A stretch of 63,514 nt of DNA, filler included, from Octopus bimaculoides (GCF_001194135.2; 10 parts of 10 records of this genome joined end to end with filler, not necessarily neighbours in it); one strand, 5' to 3'. Positions 50,929-62,735 are shown, counted from the whole stretch's first letter. The notes: generated by a model from the letters alone, not told the origin. Numbers and translations: made by a program.

Positions 50929-51405
50929 GTGTAGAGTACAGGGATAGTGATACAAATAGACAAACGTTCTATTGCATTATTTTATTAATTTCATTCATTG
51001 GACGGTGGCCATGGTTAGACAGACGCGTCAACGTTTCAATTGATCATATCGATTAGAAATCGATAAAGTAAACACCAGATCGAAATACTTATACATACAT
51101 ATCTGAGTGGGGTGCATGCGTGTGCAGGTATCCTTTCGTGATGTTTAAGCTGCATGCAGATTGGTTAAAACCATATTCTAAAAATTCAGCTTGTTGGAGA
51201 GTTCTAAGAGGTACTAAAGTTGTCAAGTACTCAACTGTCAGTTAAACATATCTGAAATCTGAGGATTACTCTATATATGAAAGCACTAATTTAACTTTAT
51301 GAGCATTACAAAATATATTTTCTAAATATTAAAATACCATAACAGAAAACGTGAAAACCAGACCAATGTGTATGTATATATATTTGCATACAGGGGGAGT
51401 GATAC

Positions 51406-51436
<31 letters not shown>

Positions 51437-51536
51437 NNNNNNNNNNNNNNNNNNNNNNNNNNNNNNNNNNNNNNNNNNNNTTAATTAATTAANNNNNNNN
51501 NNNNNNNNNNNNNNNNNNNNNNNNNNNNNNNNNNNN

Positions 51537-51726
51537 GTAATAATAATATAATAATAGTAACATCGTTAGGAATGAGAACCCAGGTTCGAAATTTCCCCCA
51601 AGTCACCTGACGAAGGCTGGAGGGTATATCAGCCGAAACGTTGTGTTAACAACAAACAAGATGAGGCCAAATATCCGTCAAATGTAAATAATGTAAATAA
51701 TTCCTCATCTCTTAAATATAGAACTG
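51537..51726 (+). mobile_element. Hammerhead-carrying element, family C (HHR 51602-51647); any head would lie in the gap
   Basis: (AAT)n linker, AGGAATGAGAACC..., GTCAC|CTGACGA|A|GGCTG-GAGGGTATAT-CAGCC|GAAACGT|T|GTGTT, tail ...CCTCATCTCTTAAATATAGAAC. Confidence 0.85.
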
Positions 51727-51831
51727 TCTATATTTTTTATCTTTCATTAAATCCATCTCTAATCGGAGTCATGTTTGCGGATTGAATTACCAGGTCTTTT
51801 GTTTCTTCACATTACACACACACACACACAT

Positions 51832-51879
<48 letters not shown>

Positions 51880-52958
51880 TAAGCTGAGCATTAGCAGCAA
51901 CATCTACAAGTATATCTGCTCTAGTAGTAGGTACACCAGCGGAACGACTACTAACATCGTAGCAGCAGCAGCAGCACTACCACCACCACTATCACCGCTA
52001 CAAACTACAAGCACAACAGCAGCAGTGGTTGCTGTGGTTTCTTTCATTGTTGCTTCTTTTTCGTTCTCACCAAATTACCACGATGTGAAGACGTTCTGTC
52101 TAACTTTCTTATACAGAAACAGCGCACATGCAATAGTCGATTCACACACACACTAACGAAACACACATATACATGCACAAACACACACACGCCAACACAC
52201 GCACATACGCAAAAACACACGCACATACAGATACACACATATGTATACATTTCTTTATATATTTATAAGCATCTTTACGTATGCAATTTTCATGTGCGTT
52301 TATATTATAGTTTGACGACTATGGCAGCATCGTAGTTTCGAATTGAATGTGCGTATTTGAGTGCGAGCGGTAAACAGGTTCCTTTTTTTTTTTGCAGTTT
52401 CTGTCGATTATGATGATGGTAATGATGAATATGATGATAATGATGATGATAATGATCATCATCATCATCATCATCGTCGTCGTCGTGGTGGCGGTGGTGG
52501 TGGCAGTGGTGGTGATGATGATGATGATATAATGGTGATCATTATCACGATAAAATACAATGACGATGACGACGATGATGAGTATGACGATGACTTCTGT
52601 GATGGTACGAATTGAAGAGATATTGATGTGTGGCGGTGGTGGAGGTAGTGGTGGAGGTGGTGATGGTGGTGGTGGTGGTGGTGGTAGTAGTAGTGGTGGT
52701 TGTGATGGCTGTGGTAGTTGTGGTGGTGGTGTTTGAGGTGGTGGTGGTAGTTGTTGTGGTAGTGGTAAATTTGCTTGTGGTTATGGGAGATGGCATTGCT
52801 GTTCATAACTTAATAATATATAAAAGCAATTATAAATCGGGATTAATTACAGTATAATTAATCCCAAGAATGCCTTTTCTGTCGTCATTCATGTCAGTGA
52901 GCCGATACTAATAAAATATTTTAATATCTTAGTAATATAAAATTTTGTCGCTGATATA

Positions 52959-53739
52959 CAGTAATCCTTCGACTATCGCTGGTGTTATATTCCATATTCT
53001 ACCATATTCTATTCATATCTGCACTTGGTCTGCTTAGGAGGCTATTGTGCCCTAGCATGTGTGCTGTCTCTTTTAGTTTTCGTATTTTCCAGTGGTGTTC
53101 TCTGTCTATCATTTTAACTCCAGCCCACAGGGGACCGGTATTAAGGAAGAATACAAAAATATTAGGTTTATAAGCTCAAGCATTCACTCTATAATTGCCC
53201 ACGGACATATAGCGTAGTGGTTAAGAGCGCAGTCTACTAACCCCAAGTATTCCGAGTTCAATTCCAGGCAGTGCCTCGAATTAATATTAATAATATCAAA
53301 AATATCTTAGGAATGAGAACTCAGGGCTGTGTTAAAAAATTCTACCAGGACACCTGATGAAGGCTGGAGAGTAAATCAGCTGAAACGTTGTGGTAACAAC
53401 AAACAAGATAAGGCCACATATCCGTCCAATGTAAATAATGTACAGAATTCCTCATCTCTAAAATATAGAACAGTACTACGTATTTTCTTTTAATATATTC
53501 TAATTAATGTATTATACAGTGCAGTACTGTACTGTATTTTAATTTATTACTTTTTAGGCGTGAAAATGCTTTTCTTATTACAGAATTAAATCAAATCTAA
53601 AAAGTATAAATACGTATTGGCAGCAGAATCCAGTGATATACCGAAGAGTCCGTGATATAAATTTACATATATTAGCCAGAACAATCCGCGATGTACTGAG
53701 GGCGCGATAAGTGAACCGCGATATGACGAGTGATTAGTG
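52959..53739. mobile_element. Tigger/pogo-like MITE, disrupted by nested insertions
   Basis: TA|CAGTAATCCTTCGACTATCGC at 52957-52979 and ...GCGATAAGTGAACCGCGATATGACGAGTGATTAGTG near 53739, an imperfect inverted match. Confidence 0.6.
53203..53472 (+). mobile_element. tRNA-headed SINE with hammerhead tail (family C, complete copy)
   Basis: A-box TAGCGTAGTGG (53210-53220), B-box GAGTTCAATTCC (53254-53265), AT-rich linker, then GACAC|CTGATGA|A|GGCTG...CAGCT|GAAACGT|T|GTG (53349-53392) and the same tail as 51.6 kb. Confidence 0.8.
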
Positions 53740-54293
53740 AAGTTATTTATAAACACCGTATCAGCCATGATTAAGGCTTAGATATGATCAAGCATAGTCC
53801 AATAGGGACCAACTTGCCTTGTTCTGCGAAAGCTGGATGTTATTTGAGAGAGAAGTGACTACTATTTCTAACAATGCGAATGACAATATAAAATCTTGTT
53901 CATTGTCTCGTTTGAATTTAATACTGATTAGAATTTGCGCTGAGAAACGAGATTTTTTCATATAGGGAATCATGAAATATAAGAGAGTAATTTACTAGAG
54001 CACGAACATAACTTCACAAATAAAGATCTCCATAAGATTATCGCACTAGATAAATCTATCTATTTCTATCTCTCACTCTCTCCCACTCTCTGTAGTTCTA
54101 TAATAAATTGTTATATGCGCAGTAAACAGGGAGAGTCGAAATGCTTTGAATTTCGCTATTTACCGTGCATATAACGATCCATCGTCGGTAGGAAGGTATC
54201 AGCACGGATCGTCGAACAGTTTGTTCGCTGATAACAAACATACAAAGAAGGCCATAAAGCTCACGTTAGATTCAGTAGTACGAGTCATTCTAG

Positions 54294-54325
54294 CAGACGA
54301 GACATAACATGTCGAAACACTTGTA
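54294..54325 (+). ncRNA. Hammerhead-like remnant
   Basis: CAGACGA|GACAT-AAC-ATGTC|GAA|ACA-CT-TGT|A; perfect stem II, but U4A and no good stem I. Confidence 0.4.
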
Positions 54326-55505
54326 TCCCAGTAACACATAGGAACATATATTCGTCGTAAAGAAGTTGTCCGGAACGTATTAAGAATAAATGATAGATAT
54401 GCAAATCCTCGTGTATATATATATATATTACGTACAGGTATGTGCGTACCGACATCCACCTGTATGTATAGGTGCATATCTGGGTACAGGACATTGCAAA
54501 CAAAACGTCGACGAGAAAATACACAAGCCACATAGAGAACATTCTACTTCATCAGCTACCCCTGTTTTAACACCGGCGTTTCGAAGAGCTGGGCAGGACG
54601 CATCGTTAAAACAGCTCTTCCCATGGACCGCAAATTAAATTTGTATACACAAATTAAATCTTGCCATGGAGGAATGTAGTGGCGGANNNNNNNNNNNNNN
54701 NNNNNNNNNNNNNNNNNNNNNNNNNNNNNNNNNNNNNNNNNNNNNNNNNNNNNNNNNNNNNNNNNNNNNNNNNNNNNNNNNNNNNNNNNNNNNNNNNNNN
54801 NNNNNNNNNNNNNNNNNNNNNNNNNNNNNNNNNNNNNNNNNNNNNNNNNNNNNNNNNNNNNNNNNNNNNNNNNNNNNNNNNNNNNNNNNNNNNNNNNNNN
54901 NNNNNNNNNNNNNNNNNNNNNNNNNNNNNNNNNNNNNNNNNNNNNNNNNNNNNNNNNNNNNNNNNNNNNNNNNNNNNNNNNNNNNNNNNNNNNNNNNNNN
55001 NNNNNNNNNNNNNNNNNNNNNNNNNNNNNNNNNNNNNNNNNNNNNNNNNNNNNNNNNNNNNNNNNNNNNNNNNNNNNNNNNNNNNNNNNNNNNNNNNNNN
55101 NNNNNNNNNNNNNNNNNNNNNNNNNNNNNNNNNNNNNNNNNNNNNNNNNNNNNNNNNNNNNNNNNNNNNNNNNNNNNNNNNNNNNNNNNNNNNNNNNNNN
55201 NNNNNNNNNNNNNNNNNNNNNNNNNNNNNNNNNNNNNNNNNNNNNNNNNNNNNNNNNNNNNNNNNNNNNNNNNNNNNNNNNNNNNNNNNNNNNNNNNNNN
55301 NNNNNNNNNNNNNNNNNNNNNNNNNNNNNNNNNNNNNNNNNNNNNNNNNNNNNNNNNNNNNNNNNNNNNNNNNNNNNNNNNNNNNNNNNNNNNNNNNNNN
55401 NNNNNNNNNNNNNNNNNNNNNNNNNNNNNNNNNNNNNNNNNNNNNNNNNNNNNNNNNNNNNNNNNNNNNNNNNNNNNNNNNNNNNNNNNNNNNNNNNNNN
55501 NNNNN

Positions 55506-55553
<48 letters not shown>

Positions 55554-55813
55554 TATATATACGTACGTACATACATAACACATCTCACAGGCACACACGC
55601 GCGCACATACACATGCATATTACACACTCGTACATATATTCACATTTGAATTTTACAAGTAAAGGATTGAATGCGACTTCGACTATTCTTGGTGCAGTGA
55701 AATTCATCAGTGTAGACTATAATTTGTTTACCTATGAATACAATTCTGAGCAATGTGTGTGGAAAGCAGGTTTGATGCATTTTGTTCCATCTCGTGGATG
55801 GAACTATACAAAT

Positions 55814-55846
<33 letters not shown>

Positions 55847-56470
55847 CATTCGCGTACACACGCATATATGTATGCACATACTCACGCATAGAAATGTATA
55901 CCTACATACTAGTATGAGACTTAACGATTGGTAGGAATATTAGTTTCACCTATATCACTAAACGCGGTTAGCTTCCATTTATTATGCTTTTAAGCATGAA
56001 GCATCAGTTAAATTACCGTTATATTTATTACGTTTTTCAGTCCGTTCCACTCTTTATTTGTTTCGTCAACAACATCTAATATTCCGTTTTCAGTAGACTG
56101 ACCATCTATCATGGAATGAAATTTAAACAAGGAGCCTAATGCCGAAGAGGTCCTGTGCTGTTAACGACACTAAAAGAATCTATGACATTGTGATTACTTA
56201 TGAATTAAGGATGATGAATGGCCGGTCTCCTTAGTTATCAAGTGCTGCCTTCTGCAGTTTATTGAGATATAAAAGCCATGGATGCTAAACAGTTGCAATA
56301 ATATAGAATAGAATATTAGTACTGAACTCTTACACATTAGATACAGGTTAATGCTAAAACATTCTACCAAGCTTTGTAAATGATTTATACATATGATACA
56401 CAATGCATATAACCATAAAAAGAAGAAGATTCAATGTAGGTGAAATAGATAGCAATCTTAACAAATAATT

Positions 56471-56683
56471 AAGGAACAAGCTGGCAGAATGTTTAAGACA
56501 CAAGGTAAAATGCTAAGGACATTTCGCCCGTCTTTACGTTCTGCTCAAATTCCACCGAGATCGACTTTGCCTTTTATCATTTCGTGATCGATAAAATAAG
56601 TAGCGTTCGAGCACTGAGGATGATGTAATCGGCTTACACCCTCCCATGAAATTGCTGCCCTTCTGTCAGAATTTAAAACCAAT
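56471..56683 (+). mobile_element. SINE family A (tail type 3)
   Basis: AAGCTGGCAGAAT...CTCAAATTCCACCGAGATCGACTTTGCCTTTTATC...GATAAAATAAGTA...GAAATTGCTGCCCTT...AATTTAAAACC. Confidence 0.8.
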
Positions 56684-57149
56684 ATCAATAAACATTGCCA
56701 GTTATACGATACTTAAGTAACAGACTACCGAGTAGCATATTACTGAAATTGAAAAAGTATTGAAAGTATTGAAAATTATTGAAAAAGAGAAGAATAGAAA
56801 ATTATTTTTCTGCCGTGAGGCAATATACAGACTCCACAATTTGACGCATTTATCCACCTAAGGCCTACAAATAAGCGGATGCATTTTGCTTCGATTACCA
56901 ACATGTAAATAAGAAGAAATTACAAAGTATACAGTTTGCCATGTCGACTGGAGTACAATGATTGTTAGCAAATCTCAGTCACTGATTTGATTTTAATAGT
57001 GCCGTATATGCGTATCAATCTATTGAAGTTTGTAATTGGCTCGATTGTTTGACGGCTTTGTTGCAGCTATGAATTAATCATTTATTAGTGTCCTTTTCGT
57101 ACTTTCGTTCATTTTTTTCTTCATGTACCCCAACACCACCACCAAAAAA

Positions 57150-58000
57150 AAAAAAACGAAGAAGAAAATACAGTCTTTAAAGGCAAATGGGAGATATAAT
57201 ATTTTATAGTTTTTTGTAAGAGTAAAATGAGAGGTTAGCTCTATCATACCGTATTTTCAATAATAAAGAAATACAATGCACATCAGCATTATGCTACTCA
57301 CAAAGATAAAAATATAAACATTAAAGGGGTGAATTTCTCAGGACTATTGAAGAAATTACATGATATTACAACTGGGGCAACGATTACAATGCAATGTATG
57401 AGCTTGGAAGAAAGGTAAGCAATTTAGTGTTAACAAAGGAATCCATTGTTGAAGTTGTATGATACTGATATCCAGAGTTAACAAATGTATAAATGTACAT
57501 CTTCCACGAAGGACCAATATACATGAAGAGTTTGAATTTTTACAGTTATGTAACCGAGTTACTTCAAAAGTAATAATCTAAAGCCAAAAATCATGTTTGT
57601 TTGTTTTTTATATTAGCGTAATGATCCTTCCAAGATACAACATATTAACCAATAGCTTTGAATTACTCCACAGATTTCATTGATTCAGAGCAAATATTAT
57701 ATTTGCTTCATACCGTAGTTGATTTTCTTGTATTTTAAGAAATTTTCCTCTTGTCGCCCTTAAGAGAATGACATGGAGAATTGACTTCCTCAAAAATTTT
57801 AAACCATGTCATGAAGTCGAATGAAACGGGCGTGTCATGTACAGATGGTGTTCCATCAATGAACGGAGAAAATTACTATTTTTTTTATGCAACTAAAAGA
57901 AGAAAGAACTTCCAAATGTATTGATTTTTTGTCACTGCATTTTGCATTAGCAAAATATCGTTGTCAAATGTCCTTTGCAATACTTTGCAAAATGTTAGAT
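57150..58000 (+). mobile_element. Decayed hAT transposase (SPIN/Buster/GTF2IRD2-like)
   Basis: VFKGKWEI*YFIVF, IKKYNAHQHYATHK (BED-like), IALNYSTDFIDSEQI...F*EIFLLSPL (first DDE Asp region), VSCTDGVPSMNG (second Asp). Confidence 0.7.
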
Positions 58001-58063
58001 ATATATAAATATTTATATCTACATACAGGCGCGCGCACACACGCAGACGCACACACAAACACT

Positions 58064-58099
<36 letters not shown>

Positions 58100-58350
58100 C
58101 ACACACAAACACACAAACACAGACACACACACACACAAACACACACANNNNNNNNNNNNNNNNNNNNNNNNNNNNNNNNNNNNNNNNNNNNTTAATTAAT
58201 TAANNNNNNNNNNNNNNNNNNNNNNNNNNNNNNNNNNNNNNNNNNNNTATGAATATAAGACCGTGTGGGTGTGTGAGAGAGAGAGTTAACGTGTATGCGT
58301 CTGCGCATGTGTGCAAGTGTATGAATGAGTGATTGTGTAAGCGAGTGTTA

Positions 58351-58381
<31 letters not shown>

Positions 58382-58949
58382 GGAGAGAGAGAGAGAGAGA
58401 GGGGGGGGAGAGAGAAAAGTGTGTGCACGCTTGCCCACGTGTGTGTGTGAGCACGTGTGTATCTGTGTGTGCGTGTACATGTACGTGTGTGTATGTGTGT
58501 TTGTGTGCGTGAGGGTTAACGTGTATGCATGTGCGCGTATGAGTGCGCGAGCGTACGTGTGTGTGTGAGTGCGCGAGCGTACGTGTGTGTGTGTGAGTGC
58601 GCATGTGTGTGCGTTTACCAATGTCAGCGTGTGTATGTATGCATGGGTGTGAACGTGCGAGTGTATGTGCACAGGTGTGTGTGTATGTGTGTGTGCGTGT
58701 GTGTCTCTGTGTGAGTGCGCGCGTGCACGCGCACGCGCCTCTCTGTCGGTGTTAACACAAAAATGCTCACGTACGCTATAATCTTATTCGTTCACACAAT
58801 ATTCGCTTATTGAATTAAGTTATCTATAAATAGATTGTGTGTGTGTGAGTGTGTGTGTGTGTGTGTGTGGTGTGTATGTGTGAGTGTGTAAGGTTAGTCA
58901 AAGCCTAAATAGGGACTGGTTAATTGGGTCAAAACTATTCCTTCGTTCA

Positions 58950-58950
58950 G

Positions 58951-58983
<33 letters not shown>

Positions 58984-59165
58984 CACACGCATACACACAC
59001 CCACACATGCACGCACATAGATATAGACACGCATACACACACACACACACACGCACACACACATAGATATAGACACGCATACACACACACACATAGATAT
59101 AGACACGCATACACACACACACACATAGATATAGACACGCATACACACACCCACATATACAGACA
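58950..59165 (+). repeat. (CA)n-derived minisatellite
   Basis: ATAGATATAGACACGC at 59017, 59063, 59093 and 59125, separated by variable (CA)n. Confidence 0.9.
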
Positions 59166-59195
59166 AACCCACACGCAGGCACACACTTGTGCTTA

Positions 59196-59239
<44 letters not shown>

Positions 59240-59437
59240 AAGGATGTCTGCGTATGTTTTTGTTAAGATCATGGCCATATCCAATTTGTTTACACACAAC
59301 CACAACTGAAATTAAGAACGCTCTTACTTTCAGATGAATGAAGTTTTACTGAAGTAGAGCGGGTCCTTTCGCCCCCCAAGTGGTCCGTTTGTAAATTGGA
59401 GGAGGCGGAGGGCGAAGGTTAAAACAAACATGCACAC

Positions 59438-59502
<65 letters not shown>

Positions 59503-59991
59503 CATAGATATTTTCAGTCAGAAATATTTTTTTGCAAAACTGTCGTATGTGGCACTTACTACACTTTTTGGAAAATGTTAAACCATTGTACTNNNNNNNN
59601 NNNNNNNNNNNNNNNNNNNNNNNNNNNNNNNNNNNNNNNNNNNNNNNNNNNNNNNNNNNNNNNNNNNNNNNNNNNNNNNNNNNNNNNNNNNNNNNNNNNN
59701 NNNNNNNNNNNNNNNNNNNNNNNNNNNNNNNNNNNNNNNNNNNNNNNNNNNNNNNNNNNNNNNNNNNNNNNNNNNNNNNNNNNNNNNNNNNNNNNNNNNN
59801 NNNNNNNNNNNNNNNNNNNNNNNNNNNNNNNNNNNNNNNNNNNNNNNNNNNNNNNNNNNNNNNNNNNNNNNNNNNNNNNNNNNNNNNNNNNNNNNNNNNN
59901 NNNNNNNNNNNNNNNNNNNNNNNNNNNNNNNNNNNNNNNNNNNNNNNNNNNNNNNNNNNNNNNNNNNNGTACACAAACTTATATACATATA

Positions 59992-60201
59992 CGAGGTGGT
60001 GCTGAAAAGGTTCTGGGTGTCGCAAAAGGCCTGGCTGGAAGCCCAATGTCAGAGCTATTTTACAGGGCTTAGAAAAACTGAAGGACCACTGCAATAAGTG
60101 TGTGAATCTGAGAGGGGAATATGTTGAATAAAATCATAATTAACTGATCCTCCTGTATTTTCTTTTAGCCAAAGCCAGGAACTTTTCAGCACCTCTTCAC
60201 G
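59992..60201 (+). mobile_element. Mariner-derived MITE (about 210 bp)
   Basis: TA-flanked imperfect TIRs CGAGGTGGTGCTGAAAAGGTTCTGG / CCAGGAACTTTTCAGCACCTCTTCACG; retains transposase C-terminus LEKLKDHCNKCVNLRGEYVE*. Confidence 0.85.
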
Positions 60202-60979
60202 TATATACTGCGTGTGTGTGTGAGTGTGTGTGTACATGTGTGTGTGTGAGATAAACAAAGAGAGAAACAGATAGAGAAAGACAAAGGGAGAGAGAGAGAG
60301 AGAAAGATTATGCGATTAACATTGCTCGCACATTGGACGTATGCCGTGAAAATGGTGTTACACTTTACTTCCTCATTTGGCAGTGGCACGTGATCAAGTT
60401 TAATTTGCATATTTCGCACCACCCGTTTGACGAGTGTTTTAAACATTGATGGAATCTCTCTCTTTTTAATCACGTGTACAGAAATCACCAAACCATATCA
60501 TATTTTGTTATGTTTATTTATGTCAAATCGCAAAGGTCTTCAAGGCCTTTCCGACCGATGCTCTTGGGTTTGTTTTGGGTTTTTTCGCCAACAAACAGAC
60601 ACATACACACACGTGACTGAGTCAAATGACTGAAACAAGTAAAAGAACATAAAAGAAATATATATATATATAATGTGTGTGTGTGTGTGTGTGTATGTGT
60701 GTGTGTGCGTGAGCGCGCGCGTAAGCCTCGAAATCCGGAAAACCGTCTTTATAAGTCAACGACCCGGAAAGGACCTTTAATTGTTGTTTTCAAATTACTC
60801 GGCGAAGTCGACCAATAAAATAAACAACAAGCTGAACACACACAACCCCCCCACACACACACACACATAATTCACATGAATAATCCAAGGTTACGGGTTT
60901 AATTCTAGCAGATTCTTGTAGATATAATCTGTTAGCTCTAATCCAACGCATATCACCGAAACAGTTCTTTCCATACATC

Positions 60980-61326
60980 ATTTACAATGGACGGATATGT
61001 GTCCTTGCCTTGTTTATTGTTATCACAATGTTTCGGCTGGTGTACTCTCCAGCCTTCATCAGGTGTTCTGGTAGAATTTCGAACCCAACCTTTTATCTGA
61101 CTAAAGGGAGACATTGTTCTCATTCCTAAGGTATGTTGCCGATGTTATTATGTTTTCAAGTCCCTGCAACATGCCTTACGAATGGGAACAGAGTGCCCCA
61201 TTAGTCAAACAAAGGGTTGGGTTCGAAATTCCACCAGAACACCTGATGAAGGCTAGAGAGTACATCAGCCGAAACGTTGTGATAACAACAAACAAGATGG
61301 AGACATCTATCCGTCCATTATAAATA
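60980..61326. mobile_element. Head-to-head inverted pair of family C-related hammerhead elements
   Basis: Arms about 60980-61139 (minus) and 61166-61326 (plus), 26-nt spacer; HHRs at 61021-61068 (minus) and 61237-61282 (plus). Confidence 0.88.
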
Positions 61327-61469
61327 TGTGTGTGTGAGCATATATATATATATATATACCCAGGTTTATTCCCTAATGTTTTAGGAGGGGTAGCCACAAC
61401 AAGACAGACACCAGGCCTTCCATTCATTTCCCAGCTTAAAGGGGCGAGCCCCGATCTATGCTCGGGTCA

Positions 61470-61720
61470 ATGCATAGAACGCAACCTCTAATATCAGCAG
61501 CGAAGCACGACAGCATACGCTGGTTTGCCCCCGCCGGATCATGCTGATTCCGTACCCCCTTTGAGCAACAATAAAATTCACTCATCCGTCCACAAACAAA
61601 AAACTCTCCAAGCTCTCCTATCATTTATAAACTCTCTTGCCTCTCTCACCCCAACACCTCCAACCACCAAAGTTCTCCCCGCTCCATCCATGCCCACAAC
61701 CTGACAGACCAGAAACAATT
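61470..61720 (-). mobile_element. Decayed LINE reverse-transcriptase fragment (RTE/L2-like)
   Basis: WMERGELWW...FFVCGRMSEFYCCSKGVRNQHDP...CFAADI resembles V.R..LW / V.G..SE.F....GVRQGD / FADD motifs; spacing imperfect. Confidence 0.45.
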
Positions 61721-61964
61721 CATGTCCAGTTTTATAGCAAATTGCCGTAAAAAAAATTTGCCGATAAAACAGAGTGAAAATAAAATTGAGTTTGTTTCCA
61801 GCGGTTGATTATGCGACTAAAATCTAATTCTAGTCGCATAATTAACCGAGGTTTTTGCGGATGGATGGAGTAAATTATTTATAATGAACGGGATCCATTA
61901 TAGACAATATACATAATTCTTCATCTCAAAAATATAGAATAGTACTTTCCATTTTCACTGTAAG

Positions 61965-62238
61965 GTGACAGTTATTTGGTATGCTTACGTCCCCGTAATT
62001 TAGCGGTTCGACACAAGAGATCGATAGGATAAGTACTAAGCCTACAAAAGTATAAGTGATGGGGTCGATGTATAATAAACATCGTGGTTTCTTGTGAGAG
62101 GGACAGACAGACAGACAGAGATGCTCAGGACACCCGATGTCTCAGCTGTTAACATTTGCATACTAAAAAAGTTACAAATATATGTATTTGTAGGCGCAGG
62201 AGTGGCTGTGTGGTAAGAAGCTTGCTTACCAACCACAT
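61965..62238 (+). mobile_element. SINE family B fragments (3' part 61965-62075; new head 62192-62238)
   Basis: CTTACGTCCCCGTAATTTAGCGGTTCG...GATAAGTACTAAGC; AGGCGCAGGAGTGGCTGTGTGGTAAGAAGCTTGCTTACCAACCACAT. Confidence 0.8.
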
Positions 62239-62554
62239 NNNNNNNNNNNNNNNNNNNNNNNNNNNNNNNNNNNNNNNNNNNNTTAATTAATTAANNNNNN
62301 NNNNNNNNNNNNNNNNNNNNNNNNNNNNNNNNNNNNNNGTGTGTGTGTGTGTGTGTGTGTGTGTGTTGACACAAAAAAGTTAGAGACAGAAAGAAGTATT
62401 GGCTAGAAGATAAATGGCGGAAAGATAAGTCGCTAGAGAAATATAGAGAGAAATAAATAGATATTTGCATTGATATACAAATTGACAGAGAAGATATTCA
62501 CATAGATACAAGTCGGTAGAAACATTTTTTAGATAGAAAGATATGTAAATAGAT

Positions 62555-62593
<39 letters not shown>

Positions 62594-62735
62594 GAGGAAA
62601 AGCGGGGAGATATATAGCTAGATAGATAAATAGAAACAGACAGACAGATAGGTCGGTAGGTGAGGTAGAAAAATACATAGATAGGCAGACGGACATTTAG
62701 GTAGATAGGCAGGTAGGTAGGTACATCGGTAGATA

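Noticed and set aside
53203-53275. A genuine tRNA gene
   Set aside because: Acceptor and anticodon stems do not pair properly and there is no T-run terminator; it is a SINE head.
3077-62294. TTAATTAATTAA islands flanked by N runs (3077, 17089, 23792, 34002, 37152, 43238, 51481, 58192, 62283), superficially a regularly recurring motif or array
   Set aside because: Always embedded in N padding and encodes stops in all six frames; this is an assembly or scaffolding linker, not genomic sequence.
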